From: Histomonas meleagridis 2922-C6/04-290x | Taxonomy: Eukaryota > Protista > Parabasalia | Assembly (NCBI GenBank): GCA_020184695.1 | Contig: JAANOX010000061.1 | Span: forward strand, 372,001-436,000 | Length of the DNA stretch: 64,000 bases | Direction of reading: 5' to 3' | In this document: one piece after another, positions 21,755 through 34,700 of the stretch | How the letters are laid out: every line of letters begins with the position of its first letter | How positions within the stretch are numbered: position 1 is the stretch's first letter | Notes under the pieces: generated by a model | Told to the model about the DNA's origin: nothing | The model's database searches: none | What the model saw: the letters and a program-made list of their open reading frames with translations, nothing else | Position numbers and translations under genes: made by a program

Positions 21755-24292
21755 ATGAGCTCAACCCAGGAGAGGGTCGGTTTACTTCAGCATTTTGTTG
21801 ATCAAATGTATAACCCTAATGCAACAGGTACTTCCGTCAAAGAAGGAGATGAATGGATTCATAATTGGAGGGAAACAAATGCTATTTTAACAGATTACCA
21901 ATTTATTTTTGATCTATTTCCCACAAATTTTCAAAACATGTCATATATGCGAGTTTTATTTGTTACTTTAAAAGTTCTTCAAGAACGAATTCGATTAGGT
22001 TTCAATACTTTAAATCCAGAAATTATATCAGCAATATTTAATTCCACTCGTGATCTAAGCCAGAAGCTATATTCCTTTCCTCTTCATTTACAATTGACAT
22101 TTTTAATCATCTGCGATATCTTTAGTTTACTACGAAAAGTCGACGAAACTTTTATAGAACAAATACCCCCAGATTTTCGTATGTCATTTTTTGCTCTTTT
22201 TTTCGAAGATGGGAAAGAAAATTTTTTGAAAAATATTGAAAACTCTATCCAATTCCAAAGCATCATGTTTGGTATTAACCTTTTATTGAACTCCGAGATG
22301 TCAATAGAATGGTTACGTATCGCCTATGCCCTTTTACCTGGCATGGGTAACAATATTTTTTTGAATGAATTTCCTAAACTTATTCCACGTTTTTATGAAA
22401 CGTTACGTGACATTGAATATATTAAACTGATGACGAACATCATCATCACACTTTTTTCCTATCAATACGAGTCAGAATCTGAATTAGTTTTACTCTTAGC
22501 ATTATTTCGCTTTGGGATTGATTATTCATCCAGTTTACGACAACTTATAATCCAAATGTCATCATGTGAAGCTGAAGCATTAATGAATTTTTTATTTTGT
22601 GTTTGGGAAGGCTATTTCCAAATTGATTGTTATATGATAACAATTGATCCGATGTTTTATGAGATAATGATTAATTTTTTACAAGAAGCATTTAATGTCT
22701 GTAGTATTTATCCCCCTTGTTCCGAAAACTTTGAGATCATATCAGCGGAAATTGTTAAGTTCTTTGATACTTTCGAAGATCGGAATCATCCAGTTTGTAA
22801 CTTATATCCCATGTTATATCAATTGTTTATCACTGCTATAGATTCTGGTGCATCCATTAATGAATCATTAATTAAGTCGATTGATACATTCACTAAATTT
22901 TCTGAGGACGCAGATGGAACAAGTAATGATCTTCTAAATCAAATATTAAGTTCTATTAACCCTAAAACGCCCGGAGCATTAATAATTGCTGCATTAAAAT
23001 GGAAATCATTATCAAAAGAATTAACAAATGAGTTTTCGAATTTAATACTTTCTACAAATAATATGCCTCCTTATATTATCATAGAATTCATTAAAAACGC
23101 TTTCGAAGATGTGCCTGAACATATATCGAAATTCTTGTTTTTATTACATCAATTTTTCCCAGAATTGCCACAACCGTCATCTGCCGCCTTCTTTCAAATT
23201 TGTGTTAAAAAGCACACAGAAATAATGAAAGAAAACCCAGAAACATTGAATGCCTTCTCTCAATTTCTGGTGGTTAACGATAGGCAGACGTTATTATCTT
23301 TAATTCCTGGTTTATTATATTTATCATCAGATATTAATTCAGATAAAACATTTGAAGTTTGTCAAAAGATAGGGGCACAAATAATCGCGCAATGTACGGA
23401 AGTAATTACACCTAATATTGATATCAAAGAGATCTGTGATTTTATGGAATTTATAGCTGATCTTGTTGAAAGTTTTCCCTCGAAAAAAGACATACCGAAA
23501 GATTCATTATTACATTTATTTTATCAATTTTTTGCGGAGAACTTATTACAACATCTTAAATCGATATATTTATTAAACGAATGTATTTTTCAAGAATATT
23601 TATGTCGATTATTCATACCAATAATTGATGAACAATATATTACAGATCAAACATATTTCATTGAATGGATTAATTTAATAGCACAAACAAATGAAGTTAC
23701 ATCATATCATTTCATATTATTAAGAAGTTTACCATTAGGTACATATCCAACAATGATCCAATTAATACAATCATTAAATAGTGATTATTTAAACACACGT
23801 CCGAATTTATTATCTGGATTAGCATTCTATATGGAATTCATAGCTCATAATCATATGAATGTCTTTAATGAAATATTTTCATTACAATTGGTGTTGTTCA
23901 TTGCAAATAAAGTCGAATCTTTCGAACCTATAATTAGAACAATACCAAAACTTTTGCAACAAGAATTACCAATGGAATTCGTGGTGAACTTACTCGTTTG
24001 CGTATTAAAAAGATGTTTCAAAAATGAAAATAATACAAATATTAACTTGTCAGATGTAACAAGAAATATGTTATGTCAATGGTTACCAGAATTGTTAATC
24101 ATTTTCGCAAAATTAATTCCTTTCGAAACATACGCACAAGTATTCGCTGAAGTTTTTAAGGAAAACCCAAACGTGGCGTTGCAATACGCAAAGGTTTTGG
24201 CTGAGAAAAACCAATGCGACCAACAAATTCAAGATGTAACAAAACAGTTTTTCGAAATCTTGAAAAATGAAGGAAGAAGAATGAATGGATGA
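21755..24292 (+). CDS. Alpha-solenoid (HEAT/ARM) protein, possibly a divergent karyopherin-beta
   Basis: 845 aa with amphipathic helical pattern; N-terminus loosely like the importin-beta N domain (EWIHNW ... LKVLQERIRLGFNTL). Confidence 0.45.
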   Translation: MSSTQERVGLLQHFVDQMYNPNATGTSVKEGDEWIHNWRETNAILTDYQFIFDLFPTNFQNMSYMRVLFVTLKVLQERIRLGFNTLNPEIISAIFNSTRDLSQKLYSFPLHLQLTFLIICDIFSLLRKVDETFIEQIPPDFRMSFFALFFEDGKENFLKNIENSIQFQSIMFGINLLLNSEMSIEWLRIAYALLPGMGNNIFLNEFPKLIPRFYETLRDIEYIKLMTNIIITLFSYQYESESELVLLLALFRFGIDYSSSLRQLIIQMSSCEAEALMNFLFCVWEGYFQIDCYMITIDPMFYEIMINFLQEAFNVCSIYPPCSENFEIISAEIVKFFDTFEDRNHPVCNLYPMLYQLFITAIDSGASINESLIKSIDTFTKFSEDADGTSNDLLNQILSSINPKTPGALIIAALKWKSLSKELTNEFSNLILSTNNMPPYIIIEFIKNAFEDVPEHISKFLFLLHQFFPELPQPSSAAFFQICVKKHTEIMKENPETLNAFSQFLVVNDRQTLLSLIPGLLYLSSDINSDKTFEVCQKIGAQIIAQCTEVITPNIDIKEICDFMEFIADLVESFPSKKDIPKDSLLHLFYQFFAENLLQHLKSIYLLNECIFQEYLCRLFIPIIDEQYITDQTYFIEWINLIAQTNEVTSYHFILLRSLPLGTYPTMIQLIQSLNSDYLNTRPNLLSGLAFYMEFIAHNHMNVFNEIFSLQLVLFIANKVESFEPIIRTIPKLLQQELPMEFVVNLLVCVLKRCFKNENNTNINLSDVTRNMLCQWLPELLIIFAKLIPFETYAQVFAEVFKENPNVALQYAKVLAEKNQCDQQIQDVTKQFFEILKNEGRRMNG

Positions 24293-24404
24293 GAATGTGT
24301 GATATAATAATGTGTAAAATGTAAAATGAAATAATAGAAAGTGTCAAAACTAATAATTTAAAAATAAAGATTCAAATATTTGGTTGTCTTTTGGTGATTG
24401 TGCA

Positions 24405-24932
24405 TTTGGTTTTATTTCAGTATTTGGTATATAGCAATGTTTTGGTTGGTAATTTGAACATTTCTGAATCATTGTAGTTTTTGGTTTTATTTCAGTATTC
24501 GATATATAGCAATGCTTTGGTTGGTAGTTTTAACATTTCTGAATCATTGTAGTTTTTGGTTTTATTTCAGTATTCGATATATAGCAATGCTTTGGTTGGT
24601 AATTTGAACATTTCTGAATCATTGTAGTTTTTGGTTTTATTTCAGTATTCGATATATAGCAATGCTTTGGTTGGTAATTTGAACATTTCTGAATCATTGT
24701 AGTTTTTGGTTTTATTTCAGTATTCGATATATAGCAATGCTTTGGTTGGTAATTTGAACATTTCTGAATCATTGTAGTTTTTGGTTTTATTTCAGTATTC
24801 GATATATAGCAATGCTTTGGTTGGTAGTTTTAACATTTCTGAATCATTGTAGTTTTTGGTTTTATTTCAGTATTCGATATATAGCAATGCTTTGGTTGGT
24901 AATTTGAACATTTCTGAATCATTGTAGTTTTT
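24405..24932. repeat. 75-bp minisatellite, about 7 near-identical copies
   Basis: TTCAGTATT recurs at 24491, 24566, 24641, 24716, 24791 and 24866 (period 75); the first copy is more diverged. Confidence 0.95.
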
Positions 24933-25486
24933 GTATTATTCTTCTATACAATATCTACTTACAAATTTTTTATAGAAAGACATGGTGTTAAACAACCTTC
25001 AAATGTTCATCTCATGAGATAGACTTCAATAATTGGAATTATTTTTGGATTAATTGCTTTTGTTCTTATTGTTATTGCATTGGCTATTTTCATTAATCAA
25101 TTTAATAAAAAAGAAATCTAATCCACTGAAAATAAAACATTCCACAAAAATTTATCATTAACAGATGAAAAACATACAGACATTGATGGAAATGGATTTA
25201 AAGTTATTACAAATTTTCTACAATTTCTTTATATACTTTCATCATAAAAAAATTGTTTTGTATGAAGTATATACGATTACGATTATAATCAATATCCCAG
25301 TTTTGTGAGATTTTGGATAATTATTATGATAAATTTTTTGAATTTTTATCAGTTTTGATTAAAATATTATTATGAAATATAAAACATTAATTATTATATA
25401 AAAATTTCTTTATTATCATTTTACATTTTGTTTTAGATGAAAAATATTTTTATTTACAATAAATTTTATTATATCAATTCTATCTT

Positions 25487-26815
25487 CTAAATCTGATATA
25501 AACTGTACGTTTTCCTTTGTTTCGAGTCTCTAATGAAAAGATATTTTCCATCATCCGAATCCTTCAATCTTCCAAATATTGTTGTCAACACTCCGTAAAC
25601 ATTTCCTTGTGTTAGTGATATTTCTTGTGAGAACTTATCTACTCCATGTTGTTCCACTCCAAGTAATATATGTGGCTCTTTTAAATTTGAAGTTTTCCTA
25701 ATTGCATATCCGATCATACATTTTTCAGCACCGATTAAACGACTAAGTGTTACCCATCTAGCTACTTTAGCTGAGTTAGCGTTAACTTCATTGATAAAAA
25801 TGGTTCCACGCCTATCTTCTAAGTTCATCCATGGGTCCTTTCGTATCGGCGTTGGTATATCATTGAAAACGCGGCAAACCGCCAATTTGAGGGGTTTGTT
25901 TGGTTTTGGCGCATCAAGAAGTGCATCGATTCGACTGCGGATGATGAACTCAATTCCGCCAATAACAATGCTACGGTAAAGCAGGGGAAGAGGAGACTCG
26001 TCACCAAGTTTAATTGGATCTTGGCCTTCAGTAGAAAGCTGAATAAATGACTCATTGACTTTGCATGTCTCATTGATATTCTCAATGAAATCGGATGTCA
26101 TGCGATCTTTTTGAACTGACATTTGAGTGGTAATGGTCTCAAGTGTAGTCTCCACAATAGCTGGTGAGTTATTACTTGTGATTACATATATATCATTTCC
26201 TTTTTTCTTAAATTGAATATCAAGTGGAAAGACAGAGCGCTGACATACAGCTATAGAAGCAAGTGCTTTGGCAGTGGAGAAAACACGTAGTGATTGCTCA
26301 GATGGAGTGGAAGATATTTCTTTGATAATTGGATCTTCTTCAATTGGAACAAAATCTGGTACGCTAACTGATGGAAGTGGATACCTGATTGATCTACGTA
26401 TGCCAATGAGTTTTTTATTGAAAAGAGCTGTTGTTCCAATAATTTTAATATCTTTGATTTGTGGAATTTCTTTTAGATTAGCTGTTTGAAGTTGAGTATC
26501 GTATGAGCCAATTGGTTTCCTGTTGATTGGAATTTCGTATGATTGTTTAAAATCATATGGTGAACAAGCAACTGTTTGAACCTTCTTTTTGACAATTTGA
26601 CGAGTTGTATTTGGAGTTTCAACCACGTCTTCGATTTCTTTTAGAATTGGTAATTGAGCATTTGTTCTATTAATAGGACTTTGAGATGGTGGTACAGAAT
26701 ATGTGAGCTTACTAGTAACATCAGCAGGTAGATTTATTTTATAAAAATTAGGAGATGCATTGTCTTGTTTTGGAAGATATTCGAAGATTTTGGAAAGGTC
26801 AATTGGATGGGACAT
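25487..26815 (-). CDS. EIF3D: Translation initiation factor eIF3 subunit d
   Basis: C-terminal NSAKVARW...LIGAEKCMIGY...HILLGVEQ...FSQEISL...YGVL...DGKYLFIRD matches eIF3d. Confidence 0.85.
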   Translation of the reverse strand: MSHPIDLSKIFEYLPKQDNASPNFYKINLPADVTSKLTYSVPPSQSPINRTNAQLPILKEIEDVVETPNTTRQIVKKKVQTVACSPYDFKQSYEIPINRKPIGSYDTQLQTANLKEIPQIKDIKIIGTTALFNKKLIGIRRSIRYPLPSVSVPDFVPIEEDPIIKEISSTPSEQSLRVFSTAKALASIAVCQRSVFPLDIQFKKKGNDIYVITSNNSPAIVETTLETITTQMSVQKDRMTSDFIENINETCKVNESFIQLSTEGQDPIKLGDESPLPLLYRSIVIGGIEFIIRSRIDALLDAPKPNKPLKLAVCRVFNDIPTPIRKDPWMNLEDRRGTIFINEVNANSAKVARWVTLSRLIGAEKCMIGYAIRKTSNLKEPHILLGVEQHGVDKFSQEISLTQGNVYGVLTTIFGRLKDSDDGKYLFIRDSKQRKTYSLYQI

Positions 26816-27230
26816 TTTTCGTATTCCACTTTTTCTGATATTGAGTTCAGAAAAATTTTAGAGAACACAACACGAAAAAACATGTTTTGAAAACAGATGG
26901 AATGCCAAACACAAACATAGAATAAGATCCATTTGTAACTGTGATTAAAAATGATAAATTGCTAAAAAAATCCACAAGTATACTTTTCCTCTTACACAAA
27001 TTGCCAGGTAATATTTCCGCAAAATTTTGAATCCAAAAAGATTGCTTTACAGGGAAATGAATTTGATCAAATTTATTGTTGACCAATTTTTTGAAATCAT
27101 TGAAATGAATAAATTTTTGAAACTAGGGTTTTAAATGCAAGGTTCAAAAACATGTGTTTTGCATAAGATTTTTTTTATTTTACTTTGTGCTTAATAACCT
27201 ACAAATTTAACTTTATCTTTAAATTTGTTT

Positions 27231-27824
27231 TTAACGAAAAGATTTATTCATAAAAGTACATATTTCTCTGCAAAAGGAATCCAAATCTTCATAATCGAAA
27301 ATTACTGTTTCAATAATAAACTTAGGTGGATTAAATCTTGTGTTTGGATATTTGATTGGTGTAGATCTAAACTGTGAACCATCTTCGCGAATTAGCTCAA
27401 AAATTAAATCATTATTTTGGCCAAGAGTAATCTTATATTGGTTTCTAGCCAAACAATTAACTTTAATTTCTGGATAATTCAATATCACACGTACCGTTGG
27501 ATCCATTTTCTTAATTTGACTCCGAAGCAACTCGTTTGATCTTCTTAATGATTTTATTGAATCTTTAGCAGTTTCTATTTCTTGAATTAAAGTTTTTAAT
27601 TGATCGTTTTGTTTCTTTAATTCATTGACAGCAATTTGATGAACCTTATAATGTTCTTCAATTTTATCTCTAAGATCTTTTGAATCAGTAATAACAGATT
27701 CAATTCTGAGGTTGTGGAGCTCTTTGTACCTTTTGTTTAGCGCGTGATATTTTTCTTCTAGTGCAGCTTCTTCGTTGAATTTAGACATTAGATTCCAAAT
27801 TATAAACGTCTTCGATTCAAACAT
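27231..27824 (-). CDS. Monopolin Csm1/Pcs1-like kinetochore protein
   Basis: N-terminal coiled coil LEEKYHALNKRYKELHNLRIE, then a globular RWD-like end PPKFIIETVIFDYEDLDSFCREI resembling the Csm1 C-terminus. Confidence 0.55.
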   Translation of the reverse strand: MFESKTFIIWNLMSKFNEEAALEEKYHALNKRYKELHNLRIESVITDSKDLRDKIEEHYKVHQIAVNELKKQNDQLKTLIQEIETAKDSIKSLRRSNELLRSQIKKMDPTVRVILNYPEIKVNCLARNQYKITLGQNNDLIFELIREDGSQFRSTPIKYPNTRFNPPKFIIETVIFDYEDLDSFCREICTFMNKSFR

Positions 27825-27835
27825 TTTTAGTAAGT

Positions 27836-28441
27836 TTGTTCGATTTAATGTCTTCTCAACTTCGCTTTGCTTGTGTTTGTGCGTCTAATGTCAATCGTTC
27901 AATGGCAGCACATCAATCTTTAATGAACAAAAAATTTAATGTGTCATCATATGGGACGAATACATTGATTTCCATTCCTGGTCCAACTGGTGCTAATAAT
28001 TATGATTTTGGTACTACCTACGCAGAAATTGTTGCAAACCTGAAAGAACAAAATCATCCATATTATACAGAACGTGGTATCTTAGAAATGATGGAACGAG
28101 ATGCAACAATCAAAGAAAAGCCTGAAAAATTTAGTAGTACATTCGACCCTAAATCAAGAAGATACTTTGATGTTATATTTACATACAGTCGAACTATCAT
28201 GGATAAAGTGATTTCTGAATTCCATTCACATGGAAGTTCATCATTCGAACTATGCACAGTCATTAATATTGAAACTGTCGATGACCATCAAAATGCGCTT
28301 GTTGGTGCTCACCGTACGCTTGAAATTGCGAAGAAGCTCCATGCAAATAAAGATGATCTAATACAAGTTATCGATTCATTAATGGACAAATTTGTTAATG
28401 AAGATCAGCTTCCTTTATCTTATCACGTTGTAGCTTACTAA
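27836..28441 (+). CDS. SSU72: RNA polymerase II CTD phosphatase Ssu72
   Basis: CASNVNRSM catalytic CX5R motif; SSYGT, PGP and YDFGTTY motifs. Confidence 0.95.
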   Translation: MFDLMSSQLRFACVCASNVNRSMAAHQSLMNKKFNVSSYGTNTLISIPGPTGANNYDFGTTYAEIVANLKEQNHPYYTERGILEMMERDATIKEKPEKFSSTFDPKSRRYFDVIFTYSRTIMDKVISEFHSHGSSSFELCTVINIETVDDHQNALVGAHRTLEIAKKLHANKDDLIQVIDSLMDKFVNEDQLPLSYHVVAY

Positions 28442-28749
28442 TAAAGAATTTTTGTTTAAGTTCTTTTAATATTCATTAATATTCAAAAAAAGAAATATTA
28501 GAATTCTATTTATAAAATAAATTCTTTTCTTCGAATTATTTTTATTTACAATTAAAGATGCCTCCAAAGAAATCATCTCAAAATTATAAAGGCATTTCCA
28601 TGCTTTATTTTCTTTTTCAGATTGTTTTAATTCTTCTTCTGTCACAAATTCTCATTAGTTTTTTTGTAACTCATGAAGGATTGCAAAAAGTCTTATTATT
28701 TTATCATATGAACTTAACTTTTGAACAGCTTCACCTATAAACTTTTAGC

Positions 28750-31170
28750 AATTTGGATTAATCCAAAGATGGCGTTTATCCTTTGTCCAAAAGTAGTTAG
28801 ATTGTACTCATCCAAAAGTTGATCAATAGTAATTGGGAGTTTTACAGCGACTTATTGAGTCTCATCAAATCAAAAATTAATGTGCTCAAGACATAATATC
28901 ACATAAGCTTTATCAAAGGGTGGTAAAAGCTTCCACAATTTTCCAAGAGGTCAATTTCTTAAACAATACTTTCATTTTAAGACTTTTACCTTGTAATGAC
29001 TTCCACAGAGAAACTACCATGAGTAGAAGAAATTTCCTGTTGAATAAGTAGAATTCAAAAAATTAACAAATTACGGGAAATAATTTCCAAAATTATCTGA
29101 AGAACAACCAATGACTCGTGAACTCATTGTTAATGTACATGGTTTCTTTGTTGTGACATAAAAAATACGTATTAACCGAACAATCATTGAGAATTATTAA
29201 TAATAATTTATTAAAAATCGTGAATCTTCTATCAAACGTACTCTAGAAGAAACTGGTGGCCCACGCGTTCATGATTATCTCCTTGGATTAGTAGCAGTTT
29301 CGGAATTATTGGTGAGTAAACACAAACTAAACATGTTTTATATCACATGTCATATGGGGTATTCAAATGCTCAGTTGCGGTTGGGAACAACAAGATTGAA
29401 TGAAATCCTCTCAACGCTGTATTTATTATTTTTATTTTCTTTCCAATTCTCTTATTTCAGAAGATTAGAGACATACAAGTTGTATGATACAACTTGTTCT
29501 TTCCCGCCTATGAGTTATAAGTAAGGATGGTATCGATAAATTTCGATAAAACCGTTTATTTATCAGGATAAATCGGATTTCATCCAACTGGTGTTAATAC
29601 ATATTATGAGCCATCTGATTTTACAGAAGAAGAAGCCAAAGGTATTGATTCTGTTCTCACGTCAAACAAGATCAAACTCGAAACCACAAAAATTATACGT
29701 CATGTTGATCGTTATGAAGTTCAACTTCCATCAATTGAAATTGATACCACAGGTAAACAAATTGGCGAATACAAAGGAAAACCAATTTATATAACCAAAG
29801 GCCGCTATTCGTCCATACTGAAATGTGTTGTCTATTGGCTTAATGAATCATTAAAACATTGCAGTAACAACGAAGAAAAACTAATGCTTGAATCACTGAT
29901 TCTTCACTACCAAAAGGGTGATTGCGATTATCATGTTCGTTATAGCGAACATTGGGTTCGTGATCTTAATCCTAATGTTGAAACGTATTCCGGCTTTATC
30001 GAATCATATCGCGATCCCGATGGTGTCCGAGCTGAATTTGAAAGTTTTGTTGCATGTGTTGATAAAGAAGAGAGTTCGATACTTCATGAATTTGTTAATA
30101 GTTCTGCACTTGTATTACCATTATTACCATATCCCAAAGAATATGAACGAAAGACATTTAATCCTCCATCATACAATGCCATTAACATCTTAACATTTGT
30201 CTGTAGTGGATATCCAATTGAAATTAACATTCCGAATTATGATGAAATTCGATTAAATGTCGGATTTAAGAATGTTTCATTAACTAATGTAATGACTGCA
30301 TCATTACGCCAAGTTACATCATTTCCATTTTTATATGAAGATGACGCGAAACTTTTATGTGACTTCTTTGATGAAATGGATAACTTTGCAACGGCAGCAC
30401 ATGAATTATATGGCCATGGCTCTGGCACATTATTTAAAGAAGAAGATGTCAAAGGCAAAAACATTCCTGATATGTTTAATGAAGGCAAATTCATTGACAC
30501 ATATTACGAAGAAAATCAAACAGCAGAACAAACGTTTGGTTCTATTTATTCATCATTCGAAGAATGTCGCGCAGAAACAACATCTGTTTCCTTAGCGTTT
30601 TTCCCTGAGATATTAAACATCTTCAAGATTAACCCCGAAAATGAATATCGCAAAAACTTCGAATATACTTCTGTTCTATCAATGTTACATGCTGGCGCGA
30701 AAACTTTAATATGTTATAGCCCCGAATCAAAACAATGGAAACAAGCGCATGCACGAGCGCGCTTTGCGATATTAAAGGCAGCAATCAAATGGAGTAATGG
30801 CGCTGTTGTAATCGAAGAAGTGAATGACGAAAAATGTAAATATAAAATTAAAATCGATAAGTCGAGACTCAACTTGGTAAAAGACGCAATGGAAATATTA
30901 CTGAAACATTTGAACTACTATCGAACTACAAACAAGGCGGAGTTGGGCTGTAAGTTCTTCGAAGAGTTGACTGAAGTGGACGAATTCTGGCTGAAGGTGA
31001 GAGAGGTGGCAATAAAGCAGAAGCAAAACAGACCGGTGTATGTGGGCGTGAGAGTGGTGAAGAATGGAAACGAATATAACATAGAGCAACCATGCGAAAA
31101 TGCACCAAATATCGTGGACGCATTAATTACATCGGTTGAAAACCTCAGTCTTTCATTGGTTAATGAGTAA
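28750..31170 (+). pseudogene. DPP3: Dipeptidyl peptidase III (M49): 5' part fragmented, 3' ORF 29884-31170 intact
   Basis: HELYGHGSG (HExxGH), EECRAE, YETYSGFIESYRDP-type and QAHARAR motifs; the upstream region breaks into short frames. Confidence 0.8.
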
Positions 31171-31738
31171 ATTCGAACTTTGATAAAATTTTTAAAAATT
31201 CACTAAATAAATAAAAGTTATCAACAGAAAATGTATACCAAAAAATTCGTTTCGGAATCTGTTGGATGATAGTGGAGAGAAAATCCGTTCCAATCATTTA
31301 TTTTCTTGAAGATTCGTATTTAAGTATTAAAAGTCAAATTCATTGTTTGGATTGATATTTGAACTAAGAAATACATTGTTTTTGTGACTTGATATTTTCT
31401 TTTAACTAAACTTGGTAGTATTTCTAGAAATATTTCATTCTCTTTAATAATTAATAAAATGATTAACATTATAAATGAACAAGATTTATATGGATGCATT
31501 CTTCAATATTTTATATGAGATTTCGCAATTTTACTTATCGTGTTTCTCAATGCTAAGTATTGAATCAGACATAACATTTATTGCGTCATATCTTTTTCTT
31601 TCCTTTTTCTTGCTACCACGAAAGCAATTACAGAAACGATTATTATAACACCGAAATAACATGTTATACGAATTGAATTTTTTTCTTTTTCGACATTAAA
31701 TAAATTTATTCAATAAGTTTTTAGAATGATGCCAATTA

Positions 31739-34700
31739 TTTACCAAAATGGAAAGAATTCCATTTGATCATTTGCTTTATCTGTTATCTCATCTTGGATT
31801 CCTTCTTTTTTACGAAACATTTCAATTATTTCAGTATAATCATTTTCTTTTGCATACATGTATGCTGTCCAAAATACTTTATATAATTTTCAAATATGAT
31901 ATTTAAATCCAAAAAAATTTGAACGAACATTAAGCTTTATATGCAAACATCTTTAGCATTAATATCAATTCCTTCTTGTTCAAGTAATATCTTTACTATT
32001 TCTATGTGTCCATTTTCAGATGCACATATAAGTGCTGTTTTAAATATATATAATAATTTCCAAATATTTTTTTGATATATAAAATTATTAAAACAAATAT
32101 TAAAATAAATATATAACCATTTTTGGTATTTATATCAACACATTTTTGTGTAAGAAGTAATTTAACTATTTCTGTATGTCCACTTTGAGATGCTAATATA
32201 AGAGGTGTCTTAAATATCAAAAATAATTTCCATAAAAAAATTTAAAACATCAAATTATTTGTGGAAATGTTTTATAAAATTAATAAATACTTTTAGTATT
32301 AATATCAATTCCACCTTGTTTAAATAATATTTTGATTATTTTCTTGAAACCATTATAAGTTGCATACATAAATGCGTTCCAAAGTAATTTGAATTAGTTC
32401 CAAATATTATTTTAAATTATCAAATAAATGAAATGTTTATTTTCTATATTGAATAAATATTTTTAATATTGATATCAATTCCTTTTTGCTCGAGTAGTAA
32501 TTTAACTATTTCTGTATGACCATTTAAAGATGCTAAAATAAGTGCTGTATTAAATATTTTAAATAATTTCCAAATATTATTTTGAAATATAAAATTATTA
32601 AAATAAATTTGAAATAAAACAAATAAATATTTTTAGCATTAACGTCAATTCCTTCTTGTTCAAGAAGTAATTTAACTATTTCTGTATGACCATTCCAAGA
32701 TGCTCTAATAAGTGCTGTTTTAAATATTTCAAATAATTTCCAAATATTATTTTGAAATATCATCTTATTAAAATAAATATGAAATAAAACAAATAAATAT
32801 CTTTAGCATTAATATCAATTCCTTCTTGTTCGAGAAGTAATTTAACTATTTCTATCTGTTCATTTTCAGATGCATAAATAAGTGCTGAATAAAATAATTC
32901 AAATAATTTCCTAATATTATTTTGAAATATTAAATTATAATAATAAATATTATCTTTTGCATTAATATCAATTCCTTCTTGTTTAAGAAATAATTTAACT
33001 ATTTCTGCATATCCTATATTTGATGCTAATATAAGTGATGTTTTAAATATTTCAAATAATTTCCAAATATTATTTTGAAATATTAAAGTATTAAAATAAA
33101 TATTAAATAAAACAAATAAATATCTTTAGCATTAATATCAATTCCTTCTCGTTCGAGAAGTAATTTAACTATTTCTATCTGTTCATTTAAAAATGCATAA
33201 ATAAGCGCTGTATAAAATAATTCAAATAATTTCCAAATATTATTTTGAAATATCAAATTATTAAAATAAATTTTAAATAAAACAAATAAATATCTTTAGC
33301 ATTAATATCGATTCTTTCTTGTTCAAGAAGTAATTTAACGATTTCTATATGACCACATTGAGATGCTTTAATAAGTGCTGTTCCAAATAATTTAAATAAT
33401 TTTCAAATATTATTTTGAAATATAAAATTATTAAAATAAATATCAAATAAAACAAATAAATATCTTTAGCATTAATATCAATTCCTTCTTGTTCAAGAAG
33501 TAATATAACTATTTCTATATAACCATAATAAGATGCTTCTATAAGTGCTGTATAAAATAATTTCAATAATTTCCTAATGTTATTTTGAAATATAAAATTA
33601 TAATAATAAATATTATCTTTAGCATTAATATCGATTCTTTCTTGTTCAAGAAGTAATTTAACGATTTCTATATGACCATTTGAAGATGCTAAAATAAGTA
33701 CTGTTTTAAATATTTTAAATAATTTCCAAATATTATTTTGAAATATAAAATTATTAAAATAAAAATTATCTTTAGCATTAATATCAATTCCTTCTTGTTC
33801 AAGAAGTAATTTAACTATTTCTGTATGACCATTCCAAGATGCTCTAATAAGTGCTGTTTTTAAATATTTCAAATAATTTCCAAATATAAAATAAATATTA
33901 GATAAAACAAATAAATATCTTTAGCATTAATATCAATTCCTTCTTGTTCAAGAAGTAATTTAACTATTTCTATATGACCATTTGAAGATGCTAAAATAAG
34001 TACTGTTTTAAATATTTTAAATAATTTCCAAATATTATTTTGAAATATAAAATTATTAAAATAAAAATTATCTTTAGCATTAATATCGATTCTTTCTTGT
34101 TCAAGAAGTAATTTAACGATTTCTATATGACCACATTGAGATGCTTTAATAAGTGCTGTTCCAAATAATTTAAATAATTTTCAAATATTATTTTGAAATA
34201 TAAAATTATTAAAATAAATATCAAATAAAACAAATAAATATCTTTAGCATTAATATCAATTCCTTCTTGTTCAAGAAGTAATATAACTATTTCTATATAA
34301 CCATAATAAGATGCTTCTATAAGTGCTGTATAAAATAATTTCAATAATTTCCTAATGTTATTTTGAAATATAAAATTATAATAATAAATATTATCTTTAG
34401 CATTAATATCGATTCTTTCTTGTTCAAGAAGTAATTTAACGATTTCTATATGACCATTTGAAGATGCTAAAATAAGTACTGTTTTAAATATTTTAAATAA
34501 TTTCCAAATATTATTTTGAAATATAAAATTATTAAAATAAAAATTATCTTTAGCATTAATATCAATTCCTTCTTGTTCAAGAAGTAATTTAACTATTTCT
34601 GTATGACCATTCCAAGATGCTCTAATAAGTGCTGTTTTAAATATTTCAAATAATTTCCAAATATTATTTTGAAATATCATCTTATTAAAATAAATATTAG

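Noticed and set aside
24530-24772. 80-aa repeat protein
   Set aside because: By-product of the 75-bp minisatellite; variant units put stops in this frame.
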